Assembly: GCA_963801165.1 (NCBI GenBank)
Contig: CAWDDT010000004.1
Span: 512,001-576,000 of the forward strand
Direction of reading: 5' to 3'
Source of the DNA: an uncultured bacterium
GTDB lineage: Bacteria > Actinomycetota > Acidimicrobiia > Spongiisociales > UBA5794
Length of the DNA: 64,000 nucleotides
Numbering within the stretch: position 1 is the first letter of the stretch; the number at the start of each line of letters is the position of its first letter. Positions 37,754 to 49,236 of this stretch are shown piece by piece. Both the position numbers and the translations under genes were made by a program. The notes under the pieces were generated by a model. It was given only the letters and a program-made list of their open reading frames with translations. It had not been told where the DNA came from and made no database searches.

Positions 37754-39238
37754 GTGGCATACGTCGGAGCAATCGATCAAGGAACGACGAGCACCCGGTT
37801 TGCCATCGTCGATCACACGGGAGCCTTCGTCGGCATGGCCCAAAAGGAACACGCCCAGCTGATGACCCGACCCGGGTGGGTTGAGCACGACGCAGCTGAG
37901 ATCTGGGCAAACACCGAAGAGGTCATTGGCGCCGCGCTGAGCGAGGCCGGGATCGAGCCGGCAGACCTGGCAGCGGTCGGGCTGACCAACCAACGGGAGA
38001 CGACACTCGTCTGGGATGCCACCACGGGTGAGCCGCTGGCGCCGGCGATCGTGTGGCAGGACACCCGCACCGATGCGTTGTGTCGGGAGCTGGGGGGCGA
38101 CGAAGGTGCGGCCCGCTTCCAGGCCAAGACCGGTCTCCCGCTGGCCACCTACTTCTCCGGTCCCAAGCTGCGCTGGCTGCTGGACAACGTAGATGGGTTG
38201 CGGGCGAAGGCCGAGGCAGGTGGTGTCAGGTTCGGGACCATGGACGCCTGGGTGATGTGGAACCTGACCGGGGAGCACGTCACCGACGTGACCAACGCCA
38301 GCCGGACGATGCTCATGGATCTCGACACCCTCGACTGGGACGCGGAGATCCTGGACATCTTTCGTATCCCCGCAACGATGCTGCCCCGGATCGTGCCCTC
38401 CGTCGGCCTCATCGGCCGGGGCCGGGGGGTGCTCCAGGGTGTGCCGATCGCCGGCATCCTCGGCGATCAGCAGGCGGCGATGTTCGGGCAAGCGTGCTTC
38501 AACCCGGGCGACACCAAGAACACCTACGGGACCGGATGCTTCATGCTGCTCAACACCGGGACGACGAAGGTGATGTCCACCCAGGGTCTGCTCACCACCG
38601 TCGCGTATCAGATCGCCACCGGCAAGCCCCGGTATGCCCTCGAAGGCTCGGTTGCGATCGCCGGCTCCGGCGTGCAGTGGCTGCGCGACCAGCTGCGTCT
38701 CATCGACGCAGCGCCCGACGTCGAGCCACTAGCGCGGACGGTCGCCGACAACGGCGACGTCTACTTCGTGCCTGCCTTCTCGGGACTTTTTGCCCCGTAC
38801 TGGCGGTCCGACGCCCGCGGGGTCATCGCCGGGCTCACCAGGTTCAGCGAAGCCGGCCACATCGCCAGGGCGGTTCTCGAGTCGGTGGCGTACCAGAGTC
38901 GTGACGTACTCGAGGCGATGGAGGCCGACTCCGGCGTCGAGATGTCCGAGCTGAGGGTCGATGGCGGAATGGTCGTCAACGATCTGCTGATGCAATTCCA
39001 GGCCGACATCCTGGACGTCGATGTTGTGCGCCCCGGCACTATCGAGACGACGGTGCTCGGCGCGGCATACGCGGCGGGTCTCGCCACCGGGTTCTGGCGT
39101 GGGATCGACGAGCTGCGCCAGCATTGGTCTGAGGAGCGCAGGTTCACACCGGCGATGGAGACCGGAAAGCGTGCGTCGCTCTATCGATCGTGGAAGAAGG
39201 CGGTCGACAGGAGCCTCGGCTGGGTGGACGAGCAGTGA
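37754..39238 (+). CDS. glpK: Glycerol kinase
   Basis: [52 protein letters not shown]. Confidence 0.97.
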   Translation: MAYVGAIDQGTTSTRFAIVDHTGAFVGMAQKEHAQLMTRPGWVEHDAAEIWANTEEVIGAALSEAGIEPADLAAVGLTNQRETTLVWDATTGEPLAPAIVWQDTRTDALCRELGGDEGAARFQAKTGLPLATYFSGPKLRWLLDNVDGLRAKAEAGGVRFGTMDAWVMWNLTGEHVTDVTNASRTMLMDLDTLDWDAEILDIFRIPATMLPRIVPSVGLIGRGRGVLQGVPIAGILGDQQAAMFGQACFNPGDTKNTYGTGCFMLLNTGTTKVMSTQGLLTTVAYQIATGKPRYALEGSVAIAGSGVQWLRDQLRLIDAAPDVEPLARTVADNGDVYFVPAFSGLFAPYWRSDARGVIAGLTRFSEAGHIARAVLESVAYQSRDVLEAMEADSGVEMSELRVDGGMVVNDLLMQFQADILDVDVVRPGTIETTVLGAAYAAGLATGFWRGIDELRQHWSEERRFTPAMETGKRASLYRSWKKAVDRSLGWVDEQ

Positions 39239-40431
39239 CACCCCGGCTCGGTCTTGCGGCGCGCACCGCCAACATGAACGTGAGCGCGATCCGCGAGATC
39301 CTCAAGGTCGTGTCCCGCCCCCGGGTGGTGTCGCTCGCAGGCGGTATCCCGTCACCGGACAGCTTCCCGATCGAGGTCATCTCGGCGCTGGTCCCGACGG
39401 TCCTGGACAAGTACGGCAGCGCGGCGCTCCAATACGACCTGACCGAGGGCTTTCCTCCGCTGCGGGAAGCCGTATCCGGTCTGCTCCGCGAGCGCGGGAT
39501 AGAGGCCTCGCCGGACGACATCCTCATTGCCAGCGGATCGCAGGGGGTCCTGGACGGGATCGGGAAGATCCTGATCAACCCGGGTGACCTGGTTGCGGTG
39601 GAAGCCCCGACCTATCTGGGGGCGATCCAGGCATTCAGCCCTTATCAGCCCGACTACCTCGAGATCGCCACCGACAGCGACGGGGTGATACCGGAATCGC
39701 TCGACGAGGTGCTCGCCGCCAACGAGGTAGCGCTCGTCTATCTGGTGCCGACGTTCCAGAACCCGACCGGGCGCACCGTCCCCCTCGAGCGGCGGATGCG
39801 GATCGCGGAGATCATCCGCCGTCGTGGCGTGCTGCTCGTCGAAGACGATCCTTACGGTGCTCTCCGCTTCCGGGGCGAGCCGGTGCCTCCAATCGCCAGC
39901 CTGGCGCCCGAGCACGTGGTGTACGTCAGCACCCTGTCCAAGGTATTCGCCCCCGGGCTCCGCATCGGAGTCGCAGTGGTGCCCGGAGAGCTGCGCGACT
40001 GGCTCGTCATCGCCAAACAGGGCGTCGACCTGCATACCAGCACGTTCAACCAGGCGCTGGCCGCCGAGTACATCACCGGGGGATTCCTCGCCGAGCAGGT
40101 ACCGCGCATCATCGAGATCTACCGCCCGAAGCAGGAACTCATGATGCGTGCGCTCGCCGAGGACTTTCCCGACGGTTTCACCTGGTCGCAGCCGGACGGC
40201 GGGATGTTCGTCTGGGTCGAGGGACCGGCCGGGTTCGACATGGATGGCGTCTACGCCAGGTCGGTGGCGGCTGGGGCCGCATTTGTGCCAGGCAAGTACT
40301 TCTTCACCAAGCCTGGTGCCGGCGGTGCCACGATGCGGCTCAACTTCACCACGGCGGAACCCGACGAGCTGAGCCGGGCAATAGCCATCATCGGCGCCGC
40401 CATCGAGACCGAGCTGGTTAGTTCTCCGTAA
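39235..40431 (+). CDS. PLP-dependent aminotransferase class I/II (LysN-like)
   Basis: [36 protein letters not shown]. Confidence 0.9.
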   Translation: MTPRLGLAARTANMNVSAIREILKVVSRPRVVSLAGGIPSPDSFPIEVISALVPTVLDKYGSAALQYDLTEGFPPLREAVSGLLRERGIEASPDDILIASGSQGVLDGIGKILINPGDLVAVEAPTYLGAIQAFSPYQPDYLEIATDSDGVIPESLDEVLAANEVALVYLVPTFQNPTGRTVPLERRMRIAEIIRRRGVLLVEDDPYGALRFRGEPVPPIASLAPEHVVYVSTLSKVFAPGLRIGVAVVPGELRDWLVIAKQGVDLHTSTFNQALAAEYITGGFLAEQVPRIIEIYRPKQELMMRALAEDFPDGFTWSQPDGGMFVWVEGPAGFDMDGVYARSVAAGAAFVPGKYFFTKPGAGGATMRLNFTTAEPDELSRAIAIIGAAIETELVSSP

Positions 40432-41020
40432 GGGCGAGCTTCACCGCAAACCCGGCGAGCAGCAGCCCCATCGATCGTTCGACGCGGCGCCTGATCCGGG
40501 TGCTGGCCGCCCACGTCTCGCCGAGACGGGCGGCGAGCGTGGCATAGACGGCGAACACCGCCAGCGTCATCGCCATGAACACCAGGCCAAGCCCGAGTAG
40601 CGAAGCCAGCGATGCGTCCCGGGAGAGGAACTGGGGGAGGAAGGCGAAGAAGAACAGGGTCAGTTTCGGGTTGAGTAGGTTGAGCAGAACCCCGCGCCCG
40701 ATGACCGATGCGGCGGCGCGTTCGGGTGCCTCGGTGGTGGTGGGCTTCGACTCCGAGCGGATCATCGTGAATGACAGGAACAGCAGGTAGACGACACCGA
40801 CGTACTTGAGGGTACGGAAAGCCAGAGCCCCGGTCTGGAGGAAGGCGGACAGCCCGAACACCGCCGCCACGAGATGCGGCACGATGCCGAGCGTGCACCC
40901 GAAGGCAGCGATGATGCCCTGTCGCCGGCCTCTGGCGAGGGCGACCGACACGGTGTAGATGACCCCGGTGCCGGGAACGACGACGACGATCAGCGAAGTG
41001 AGCAGGAAGGCGGGGCCCAT
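40418..41020 (-). CDS. LysE/RhtB family translocator
   Basis: PG.G, LK..G..YL, NLLNPK, FLPQF. Confidence 0.92.
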   Translation of the reverse strand: MGPAFLLTSLIVVVVPGTGVIYTVSVALARGRRQGIIAAFGCTLGIVPHLVAAVFGLSAFLQTGALAFRTLKYVGVVYLLFLSFTMIRSESKPTTTEAPERAAASVIGRGVLLNLLNPKLTLFFFAFLPQFLSRDASLASLLGLGLVFMAMTLAVFAVYATLAARLGETWAASTRIRRRVERSMGLLLAGFAVKLALTEN

Positions 41021-41077
41021 CGGGGCACTCTAAGCGCGTTCGGAACTCGGCCGCGACGAGCGGTTACCATCCACGCC

Positions 41078-41659
41078 ATGTCGGAACGGCTCAACGTACC
41101 CAACCTGCTCGCGCTGACGCGTATCGTCCTCACCCCGGTGGTGATGACGTTCGTTCTGCTGTCCAAGCACATCGATCACGCATTCGGGATTGCCCTTGCG
41201 ATCTTCATACCCGCGGCTCTCACCGACTTTGCCGACGGCTACCTGGCGCGACGGTGGAAGCTGACCACGGTGTTCGGGGCGTTTATGGACTCGGTCGCCG
41301 ACAAAATCCTCGTCACCGGGAGCCTACTGGTGCTGATCGAGGTCGGCAGGGCGTGGTCGTGGGCGGCGTTCCTCATCATCTGCCGGGAGATCGCCGTGAT
41401 GGGGCTGCGCGCCGTCGCCGCTCTCGATCGGGCCACGGTTCCCCCGAGTTTCTGGGGCAAATCGAAGACGACTTTTCAGTTCGTCGCCATCGGTTTCGCC
41501 ATGATCCGATCCACCACGGAGCTCGGCCCGTTCTTCGTCGACGAATGGCTCATGTTGGTGGCAGTGTTCGCCACGGCCCTCTCCGGCTGGGATTACTTCC
41601 ATCGCTACTGGAGCGCCTTCAAGACCGACGAGCGCGTCGAGATCCCCGTCGACGAGTAG
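41078..41659 (+). CDS. pgsA: CDP-alcohol phosphatidyltransferase (PGP synthase)
   Basis: PN.L...RI, D..DG..AR......G..MD..ADK, RE, GK.KT..Q. Confidence 0.9.
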   Translation: MSERLNVPNLLALTRIVLTPVVMTFVLLSKHIDHAFGIALAIFIPAALTDFADGYLARRWKLTTVFGAFMDSVADKILVTGSLLVLIEVGRAWSWAAFLIICREIAVMGLRAVAALDRATVPPSFWGKSKTTFQFVAIGFAMIRSTTELGPFFVDEWLMLVAVFATALSGWDYFHRYWSAFKTDERVEIPVDE

Positions 41660-41735
41660 CTTCGTGCGTAGCGTGTGCCGGCATTCCGGCGCCGTCTACG
41701 CATGAACGGGAGAGACCACTAGCCTGTCAGCTCCC

Positions 41736-44700
41736 GTGGTTGCTGCACTCGAAGCCCTTGTTGCCGCCTGGCCACAGTCGCTGGTTCCCAAGGCAAGCGG
41801 CCGTCTCGTCGTACCCCCGGGTCTTCGCGCCCTGAGCCTGGCGGGGATGGCGGCGCATGTCGACCGGCCCATACTCGCGGTGGTGCCGGGAGAGCGGACC
41901 GCAGAAGAGCTATTCGACGACGTGGCGCTCTTCACCGAGTCCGCCTGGCAGCTACCTGCCTGGGGCACTCTTCCTTTCGAGCACGTCTCGCCGAATCAGA
42001 TCACGATGGCGCACCGCGCCGAGGCGCTGTACCGGCTCCAGCACGGAGCGCCGGGAACCATCGTCGTTGCCTCGGTGCGTGCCGCCGTCCAACGGCTCAG
42101 CCCTTCCCCGGTCGATCCGATAGTGGTCACCGCCGGCGCCGATCACGGATTCGAGCGACTCGTTGCCGAGCTGACCGTGCACGGTTACCACCGCACGGAC
42201 CGGGTCGAGGCGCGGGGTGAATATGCGATCCGCGGTGGCATCGTCGATGTCTTTCCCGCCCAGGCAGATGAACCGTTTCGGATCGAGTTCTGGGGCGACG
42301 AGATCGACGAGATACGCAGCTTCGCCATCGGGTCGCAACGGTCGACCGCCTCGGCCCAATCGATCGAGGTGTTCCCGGCCCGGGAGCTGCGTCCCGACCC
42401 CGGCGTGCGCAAGACCGCGGAACAGCTCCTGAAGGACCATCCGTGGGCCGCCGGGACGTGGGAGCGAATAGCCGCAGGGATCACGTTCCAGGGAATGGAG
42501 TCCTGGTTACCCTGGTTCGCCCCGGACATTTCCGCTTTGGATCAAGGGATCGAGTGTCACACGGTCGTGTTCGATCCGGTTCAGTCCCGGGCGCGCAGCG
42601 AGGAGCTGCGCAAGGAAGAGTCCGACCTGGCGGCAGCCCTGGCACCGACGTGGGGGAGCGGTGCCCCGGACGCGGAAGACCACCCCATGCTGTTCCTTGC
42701 GATGCGGGACGGCGACGTCGTGGAGGCGCCTCCGATCGCCACCGGGCCGGGAGATGACGCAGTGGAGGTGCGCGGTCTCGACGCCGTTGCCGGCGACGCA
42801 GAGTCGGTGGCCTCTGCCCTTCGTCACTGGCAGGAGCGGGGGGTCGACATCATCGTCGCCATGGATGGGGCAGGAGCCGCACAACGGGTCTCCCGTCTGC
42901 TCGCCGAGGCGGGTCACGCGATGCCGGTCCGCGATCATCTCGACAAGATCGAGTCGGTGGTCATCGGCGAGGGGATCCATCACGGGTTCGTGTCGCCCCG
43001 GCTCGGTATCGGCATCGTGGGAGAGCGTGAGATAGCCGGGCGGCGCCGGGCCCACCGTCGCAGTCGCCGCACCGGTGGCGAGGACGTCGGTGAGGCGTAC
43101 CGCGACCTGAGTTCCGGCGACTTTGTCGTCCACCATCACCACGGCATCGCCAAGTTCGAGGGGCTGGTTCATCGCGAGATCGCAGGTGTGGAGCGCGATT
43201 ACCTGCTGATACGGTTTCACGGCGAGGACCGGATCTACGTGCCGACCGATCAGCTGTCGGCGGTGGTGCGCTACACGGGCGGGGAGACGCCGCGGTTGTC
43301 CCGGATGGGCGGCGCCGACTGGGAGAAGACCAGGACCAAGGTGCGCAAGGCGGTTGCGGTGGTGGCCGAGGCGGTGGTTGACCTCCACAGGAAGCGAGCG
43401 GCGGCAAGCGGGCATGCCTTCGCTCCCGACACCCCGTGGCAGAGCGAATTCGAATCGGCGTTTCCGTACGAAGAAACCCGCGACCAGGTGACAGCGATCG
43501 CCGATGTCAAGACCGACATGGAAGCCGAGGCGCCGATGGATCGGTTGATCTTCGGCGATGTCGGTTTCGGCAAGACAGAGGTCGCTCTGCGGGCCGCGTT
43601 CAAGGCGGTGCAGAGCGGCAAACAGGTAGCCATGCTCGTGCCGACGACACTTCTGGCCCAGCAGCACTCTGCCACGTTCGAGGACAGGTTTGCTCCCTAC
43701 CCGATCCAGGTAGCTTCGCTCAGCCGCTTTCTCACCTCCGCCGAGCAGCGTCAGGTCGTCGAAGGCCTCTCCCTCGGCACGATCGACGTTGTCATCGGCA
43801 CTCACCGGCTCCTCTCGGAGGACGTAGCGTTCAAGGACCTCGGTCTGTTGATCATCGACGAGGAGCAGCGCTTCGGCGTTGTCGCCAAGGACAAGCTCAA
43901 GGCCCTGCGCACCTCCATCGACGTCCTCACCTTGACCGCCACACCCATCCCGCGCACCCTCGAGATGGCGCTTACCGGGATCCGTGAGGTCAGCCACATC
44001 CGGACGGCTCCCGAGGATCGTCACCCCATCCTCACCTACGTCGGTCCATACGACGAGCGGGCCATCTCGGCGGCCATCCGGCGCGAGATGCTGCGTGAGG
44101 GTCAGGTGTTCTACGTGCACAACCGGGTCCAGTCGATTGACCACGCCGTCGCCAGGCTCAAGGAACTCGTCCCCGATGCCCGTTACGCCGTTGCTCACGG
44201 ACAGATGAGCGAAAGCACGCTCGAGCAGGTCATGTTCGATTTCTGGAACGGTGACTATGACGTCCTGGTGGCCACGACCATCATCGAGTCGGGTCTCGAC
44301 CTCCCGCAGGTGAACACCTTGCTAGTGGAGCGAGCGGACCGGCTTGGTCTCGCCCAGCTCTACCAGCTGCGGGGTAGGGTCGGGCGCTCTAGCCAGCGCG
44401 CCTACGCATACCTGTTCCACCCCCGGGATCAGACGCTCACCGAACCCGCCTACCGCCGGCTGGAGGCAATCGGCGAGTACTCCGACCTGGGCTCCGGTTT
44501 CGAGCTGGCGATGCGCGACCTCGAGATCCGGGGAGCCGGGTCGATACTCGGCGAGACTCAGGCGGGCCACATCGCCGCGGTTGGGTTCGACCTCTACGTC
44601 GAGCTCGTCTCCGATGCCGTCAACGAGCTCAAGGGCGAGCTGTTGCCGGAGCGACCTCCCGAGATCCGGATCGACGTCCCCGTCGATGCGCATCTCCCCG

Positions 44701-45086
44701 ATGGGTACGTCGACAGCGCCGCCGAGCGTCTCGAGGCATACCGACGTTTGGCGGCCGCCGTCACCGAGCCGCAGGTAGCCGACGTCGCGGCCGAGTGGCG
44801 GGACCGGTTCGGCGAATTGCCACCGGAGGCATTGGCGCTCATCGATGTCGCCCTGCTCCGGGTCGAGGCGCTGCGGGTCGGGTTGACCGAGATTGTCAAG
44901 GTGCGCAACGAGGTCCGTCTCGGCCCGGTTTCTCTGCGAGCGTCGCAGGAAGTGCGTCTCAACCGGACGGCGCCCCGGTCGGTCGTACGGGGCCATATCG
45001 TGTTCCTGCCTGCCCCGCGCCGCGACCTGGTGCAGTTCTTGATCGAATTCGTTCGTAAGATGTGGCCACCAGAACAGGAGAGCTGA
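41736..45086 (+). CDS. mfd: Transcription-repair coupling factor
   Basis: RGGIVDVFP, GDVGFGKTEVA, DEEQRFG, TATPIPRT, QLRGRVGR, DLEIRGAG. Confidence 0.97.
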   Translation: MVAALEALVAAWPQSLVPKASGRLVVPPGLRALSLAGMAAHVDRPILAVVPGERTAEELFDDVALFTESAWQLPAWGTLPFEHVSPNQITMAHRAEALYRLQHGAPGTIVVASVRAAVQRLSPSPVDPIVVTAGADHGFERLVAELTVHGYHRTDRVEARGEYAIRGGIVDVFPAQADEPFRIEFWGDEIDEIRSFAIGSQRSTASAQSIEVFPARELRPDPGVRKTAEQLLKDHPWAAGTWERIAAGITFQGMESWLPWFAPDISALDQGIECHTVVFDPVQSRARSEELRKEESDLAAALAPTWGSGAPDAEDHPMLFLAMRDGDVVEAPPIATGPGDDAVEVRGLDAVAGDAESVASALRHWQERGVDIIVAMDGAGAAQRVSRLLAEAGHAMPVRDHLDKIESVVIGEGIHHGFVSPRLGIGIVGEREIAGRRRAHRRSRRTGGEDVGEAYRDLSSGDFVVHHHHGIAKFEGLVHREIAGVERDYLLIRFHGEDRIYVPTDQLSAVVRYTGGETPRLSRMGGADWEKTRTKVRKAVAVVAEAVVDLHRKRAAASGHAFAPDTPWQSEFESAFPYEETRDQVTAIADVKTDMEAEAPMDRLIFGDVGFGKTEVALRAAFKAVQSGKQVAMLVPTTLLAQQHSATFEDRFAPYPIQVASLSRFLTSAEQRQVVEGLSLGTIDVVIGTHRLLSEDVAFKDLGLLIIDEEQRFGVVAKDKLKALRTSIDVLTLTATPIPRTLEMALTGIREVSHIRTAPEDRHPILTYVGPYDERAISAAIRREMLREGQVFYVHNRVQSIDHAVARLKELVPDARYAVAHGQMSESTLEQVMFDFWNGDYDVLVATTIIESGLDLPQVNTLLVERADRLGLAQLYQLRGRVGRSSQRAYAYLFHPRDQTLTEPAYRRLEAIGEYSDLGSGFELAMRDLEIRGAGSILGETQAGHIAAVGFDLYVELVSDAVNELKGELLPERPPEIRIDVPVDAHLPDGYVDSAAERLEAYRRLAAAVTEPQVADVAAEWRDRFGELPPEALALIDVALLRVEALRVGLTEIVKVRNEVRLGPVSLRASQEVRLNRTAPRSVVRGHIVFLPAPRRDLVQFLIEFVRKMWPPEQES

Positions 45087-45997
45087 TGTTCCGCCGTGCA
45101 CTCATCGTCCTTGCCGTCGCGCTGCTCGCCGCCTCGTGCTCCTCGAACGACACGCTGGCGACGGTCAACGGGGTGGCTATCAGCAAGGGCGATCTGATCG
45201 CGCTCGACCCGGCGTATGAGGAGCCATTGGGTGTTGTCACCGGGGAGACTCTGCGCCAGAACGTGGCCGACCTGATCATTCTGGAGATCACCAAGCAGAC
45301 GGCCGAGGCCAAGTACGGGGTGACCATCGACAGCGCCACCATTGCCGACCGGCTGGCGAACCCGCCCGATCGCTGGGTAAACATGCTGACGGTTTCTGGT
45401 GAGACCCCGGCGGCCCTGCAGAATCGGGCGATCTCGACCCTCGTCGTCGATGGGGTCTCCCCACAGCTCATTGCCAGCCAGTACGACGGCTGGGCGGGAG
45501 TGCTTGAGCAACGGCCCGACCTGGTCTCAATGGAATGTGTGAGGCATATCAACGTCGCTACCGAAGACGAGGCCAACGATGTGCTCACCCGGTTGCAGAA
45601 CGGAGAGGACTTCATCGATCTGGTCGGTGAGCTGTCGCTCGACCAGACGTCTGTGGACGGGCTGCTGGTCCCATCAGGCAGTACCTGTCCCAACGCCTTC
45701 TCCTCGGCGCCCGAAGAGCTGGCTATCGCAGCCGCCACCGCGGAGCTGAACGTACCGGTGGGGCCGATCGCGTTGAATGGCGGGTATAGCATCATTCGCG
45801 TGGAGGATCGGGTCATGCCGGTGTCCGCCGACGAGCTCGCTGCCGACCCGATGAAGTATCTCGACCTGGCGGCGGCCAGGGACGCCTACCTCACCTGGGC
45901 ATCCGACGAGGTGCGCGCCGCCAACGTGAGCGTCACTCCGGAGCTGGGTACCTGGTCGGCTGTCGGGTTCGGCATCTCACCCCCAGGCGGCGAGTGA
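45086..45997 (+). CDS. Lipoprotein parvulin-type peptidyl-prolyl isomerase (PrsA/SurA-like)
   Basis: AASC lipobox, ATVNG..I, RHI.V.T..EA, GEDF....ELS.D, GY.II. Confidence 0.75.
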   Translation: MFRRALIVLAVALLAASCSSNDTLATVNGVAISKGDLIALDPAYEEPLGVVTGETLRQNVADLIILEITKQTAEAKYGVTIDSATIADRLANPPDRWVNMLTVSGETPAALQNRAISTLVVDGVSPQLIASQYDGWAGVLEQRPDLVSMECVRHINVATEDEANDVLTRLQNGEDFIDLVGELSLDQTSVDGLLVPSGSTCPNAFSSAPEELAIAAATAELNVPVGPIALNGGYSIIRVEDRVMPVSADELAADPMKYLDLAAARDAYLTWASDEVRAANVSVTPELGTWSAVGFGISPPGGE

Positions 45998-47454
45998 GCG
46001 CTTCGCTGACCGTCGTCGGGCTGGGGCCCGCAGGACTCGACCGGCTGTCGCAGCAGGCGACCCGGGTGGTCATGGATCCGGGTCGGGCGGTGATCGTACG
46101 AACCGGGCGGCACCCGGCCGCGACCGAGCTCGGCGTGGCCAGACCGATCGAGACCTGTGACGATCTGTATGACGTGGGCGGCGATTTCGATGAGGTCTAT
46201 CGTGCCATCGCCGACAGGGTGGTGAGCAGCGCTCGGGCGCAGGCCACCGTGTACGCGGTGCCGGGGAGCGCCGTGGTCGGAGAGCGGACCGTTGCCGGTA
46301 TCCGGGAACAGGCCACCGCGGCGGGCATCGAAGTGGAGATCATTCCCGGCGAGTCATTCCTCGACCTCGTGTACCTGGCCGCAGGAATCGACCCCATCGT
46401 GAGGGCGGTCAAGATCCTCGACGGAAGGGACCTGCCCGACCCGCTGGTCTTCGACAGCGCGCTCATCATCACCCAGGTGGATCGTCCCGAGGTACTTGCC
46501 GACGTTGCAGCCGAGCTCGGGCGAGTGCTCGAGGACGCGACGCCCGTCCTCGTGCTCGACCGTCTCGGCGATGCCGACGAGGATGTCCTAGCGACGGACC
46601 TCGCCGGTCTCGTCGCCTTCCGGCCGGGCCCCCGCACCACCATCTTCCTCGACCCCGACCCGGCGGGGTGGTACGGGCTCGTTGTGACCAACCGCATCCT
46701 CAGACAGGAATGCCCGTGGGATCGCAAGCAGACCCATCACAGCCTGGTCAGCCATCTGATCGAGGAAGCCTACGAAACGGTCGACTCTCTCCGGTCCCTG
46801 CCCGCGGCGGCGCCCGGCGGCGACCCGGATTACGGCGCCTATGCCGAGGTCGAAGAAGAACTAGGTGATCTCCTGTTGCAGGTGGTTTTCCACGCCACTC
46901 TCGCCCGCGAGGTTGGCGCCTTCGATGTCGAGGAGGTGGCTGAAGTAACCAGACGAAAGCTGGTGCGTCGCCATCCCCACGTCTTCGGTGACGTGGTTGC
47001 GGAGGATTCCGAAACCGTGATCGCTAACTGGGAGGCCATCAAGGGGGAAGAGAAGAGACGCGAGTCGATCATGGACGACATCCCGACGGGGATGCCGGCA
47101 GTGGTGCGTGCCGACAAGATGCAGCGCCGGGCGCGATCCGTTGGTTTTGATTGGTCCGAGCCGGCTCCGGTCTTTGCCAAGCTACGTGAGGAGCTCGACG
47201 AGTTGGCGGCTGAGTCCGATGATCCGGTGCGAGCGACTGAGGAGTTCGGCGATCTCCTGTTTGCGGCCGTCAACCTCTCCCGACATCTCGGTGTCGATCC
47301 CGAGATTGCCCTCGCCGGTGCCAACGATCGATTCAGCGCCCGGCTCCGGCACATGGAGGCGACCGCGGCAGCAGCCGGCAAGTCGCTCGCCGCCTTCACT
47401 CTCGACGAGCTCGACGGGCTGTGGAATAGGGCCAAGGAGGCACTCCGCAACTGA
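45994..47454 (+). CDS. mazG: Tetrapyrrole-methylase-like domain fused to MazG nucleoside triphosphate pyrophosphohydrolase (YabN-type)
   Basis: VVGLGP, RT..HP, YAVPG, CPWD.KQTH.SL, EEAYE, EELGDLL, RRHPHVF, GFDW. Confidence 0.92.
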   Translation: MSASLTVVGLGPAGLDRLSQQATRVVMDPGRAVIVRTGRHPAATELGVARPIETCDDLYDVGGDFDEVYRAIADRVVSSARAQATVYAVPGSAVVGERTVAGIREQATAAGIEVEIIPGESFLDLVYLAAGIDPIVRAVKILDGRDLPDPLVFDSALIITQVDRPEVLADVAAELGRVLEDATPVLVLDRLGDADEDVLATDLAGLVAFRPGPRTTIFLDPDPAGWYGLVVTNRILRQECPWDRKQTHHSLVSHLIEEAYETVDSLRSLPAAAPGGDPDYGAYAEVEEELGDLLLQVVFHATLAREVGAFDVEEVAEVTRRKLVRRHPHVFGDVVAEDSETVIANWEAIKGEEKRRESIMDDIPTGMPAVVRADKMQRRARSVGFDWSEPAPVFAKLREELDELAAESDDPVRATEEFGDLLFAAVNLSRHLGVDPEIALAGANDRFSARLRHMEATAAAAGKSLAAFTLDELDGLWNRAKEALRN

Positions 47455-47540
47455 GCGGGGTTGCCGGAAGTTGCAGTGCGAATTCCCGGGTCTAACCTCG
47501 GGGGCGTGGTAAATTCGGGCGCATAGAGAGGGCCCTATTC

Positions 47541-48809
47541 ATGACGACAATCACACGAGTATGGGCCCGCGAGGTCCTGGACTCCAGGGGTAACCCGACG
47601 GTTGAGGCCGAAGTAACGCTTGCTGGCGGTGGCTTTGGCCGAGCACTGGTTCCCTCGGGAGCATCGACAGGGGCACTCGAAGCCAACGAGCTTCGGGACG
47701 GCGGCGACCGCTTTGGCGGGAAGGGCGTGTTGCGGGCCGTCGACAACGTCAACAACACCATCGCTCCTGAGGTGATCGGTCTCGATGCAACGCGCCAGGA
47801 GCTGATCGACCAGCTCATGCTCGATCTGGACGGCACCCCCAACAAGGAGAAGCTGGGGGCAAACGCCATCCTGTCGGTGTCCCTGGCAACGGCGCGTGCC
47901 GCCGCAGCAGGGCTCAACATTCCCCTGTTCCGCTATCTCGGCGGGACGGCAGGTCGTGTGCTTCCCGTGCCTTGCTTCAACGTTCTCAACGGCGGAGTGC
48001 ACGCGGCGAACTCGGTCGACATCCAGGAGTTCATGCTCGTTCCCGGTGGTCTTCCCAGCTACAAAGAGGCAATGCGCGCCGGTGTGGAGACATATCACGC
48101 GCTGAAGAAGGTTCTCGCCGGGCGCGGTCTCACCACGAACGTCGGCGACGAGGGTGGTTTCGCTCCCAACCTGCCTGCCGACCGGTCGGCGCTCGAGCTG
48201 CTGTCGGAAGCGGTACAAGCTGCGGGCTACAAGCTGGGAGAGGACATCTCATTCGCCATCGATGTAGCCGCCTCGGAGTTGTATCGCGCCGGCCGGTACG
48301 AGATCGACGGGCGCCAGCTCACCTCAGAGGAGATGGTCGACTACCTGGCCGAGCTCATCGAAGAGTTCCCGGTGGTGTCGCTCGAAGACGGTCTTGCCGA
48401 AGACGACTGGGACGGGTGGAAGATCCTCACCGAGCGGCTCGCCGGCAAGATCCAGATCGTCGGCGACGACATCTTCGTCACCAACATCGAGCTGGTGAAG
48501 CGCGCCATCGATCAGAAGGTCGCCAACGCAGTCCTCATCAAGGTCAACCAGATCGGCACGCTCTCCGAGACGCTTCACACCATGGAGCTCGGTGTCGCCA
48601 ACAAATACGGCATGATGATCTCCCACCGGTCGGGGGAGACCGAGGACTCGTTCATCTCTCACCTGGCGGTGGCTACCAACGCCGGTCAGATCAAGACGGG
48701 GGCGCCGGCCCGTGGCGAGCGGACCGCCAAGTACAACCAGTTGCTCCGAATCGAGGAGAGGCTCGGGTCGGAAGCGCGGTTCGCCGGTTGGCAGACCTTC
48801 AAGCGATAG
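47541..48809 (+). CDS. eno: Enolase
   Basis: [41 protein letters not shown]. Confidence 0.98.
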   Translation: MTTITRVWAREVLDSRGNPTVEAEVTLAGGGFGRALVPSGASTGALEANELRDGGDRFGGKGVLRAVDNVNNTIAPEVIGLDATRQELIDQLMLDLDGTPNKEKLGANAILSVSLATARAAAAGLNIPLFRYLGGTAGRVLPVPCFNVLNGGVHAANSVDIQEFMLVPGGLPSYKEAMRAGVETYHALKKVLAGRGLTTNVGDEGGFAPNLPADRSALELLSEAVQAAGYKLGEDISFAIDVAASELYRAGRYEIDGRQLTSEEMVDYLAELIEEFPVVSLEDGLAEDDWDGWKILTERLAGKIQIVGDDIFVTNIELVKRAIDQKVANAVLIKVNQIGTLSETLHTMELGVANKYGMMISHRSGETEDSFISHLAVATNAGQIKTGAPARGERTAKYNQLLRIEERLGSEARFAGWQTFKR

Positions 48810-48816
48810 GACGACC

Positions 48817-49236
48817 ATGACGACAGTGGACACACCGGTGGTGCAGGAGGCGAGCGGCGGGAAACGAGGCGCATTGCTCGCCGTAATCCTGCTCGTCGGT
48901 CTCGCCATCGTGCTCGCCGGTGTGTTCCCTTTCCGTCAGCTCATTGCCCAGCAGCGCCTTGTCGCCAACACCCAGACGAAGCTGGATGCGTTGGTGGCCG
49001 AGAACGAGCACCTCCAGGGCCAGATCGACGCAGTGCAGACCCCGGCCGAGTTGGAGAGGATCGCCAGAGAGCAGTACGGCATGGCGCGACCAGGCGAGAC
49101 GACCTATGTCGTGGAGCTCGAGGGGGGTCCGACCTCCGACGGCATTGCCACCGTTGAACCCGTCCTCGACTCTAGATCACCGCTCCAACGCTTCTGGGAC
49201 TTCCTGACCGGGCGCGATCTCGTTCCGGATGGATGA
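48817..49236 (+). CDS. ftsB: Septum formation initiator FtsB/DivIC
   Basis: TM, coiled coil, ERIAREQYGMARPGE; eno-ftsB order. Confidence 0.88.
   Translation: MTTVDTPVVQEASGGKRGALLAVILLVGLAIVLAGVFPFRQLIAQQRLVANTQTKLDALVAENEHLQGQIDAVQTPAELERIAREQYGMARPGETTYVVELEGGPTSDGIATVEPVLDSRSPLQRFWDFLTGRDLVPDG

Noticed and set aside
45994-47454. MazG or AbrB as anti-phage or toxin-antitoxin components
   Set aside because: Both are in conserved housekeeping positions; no cognate toxin is adjacent to abrB
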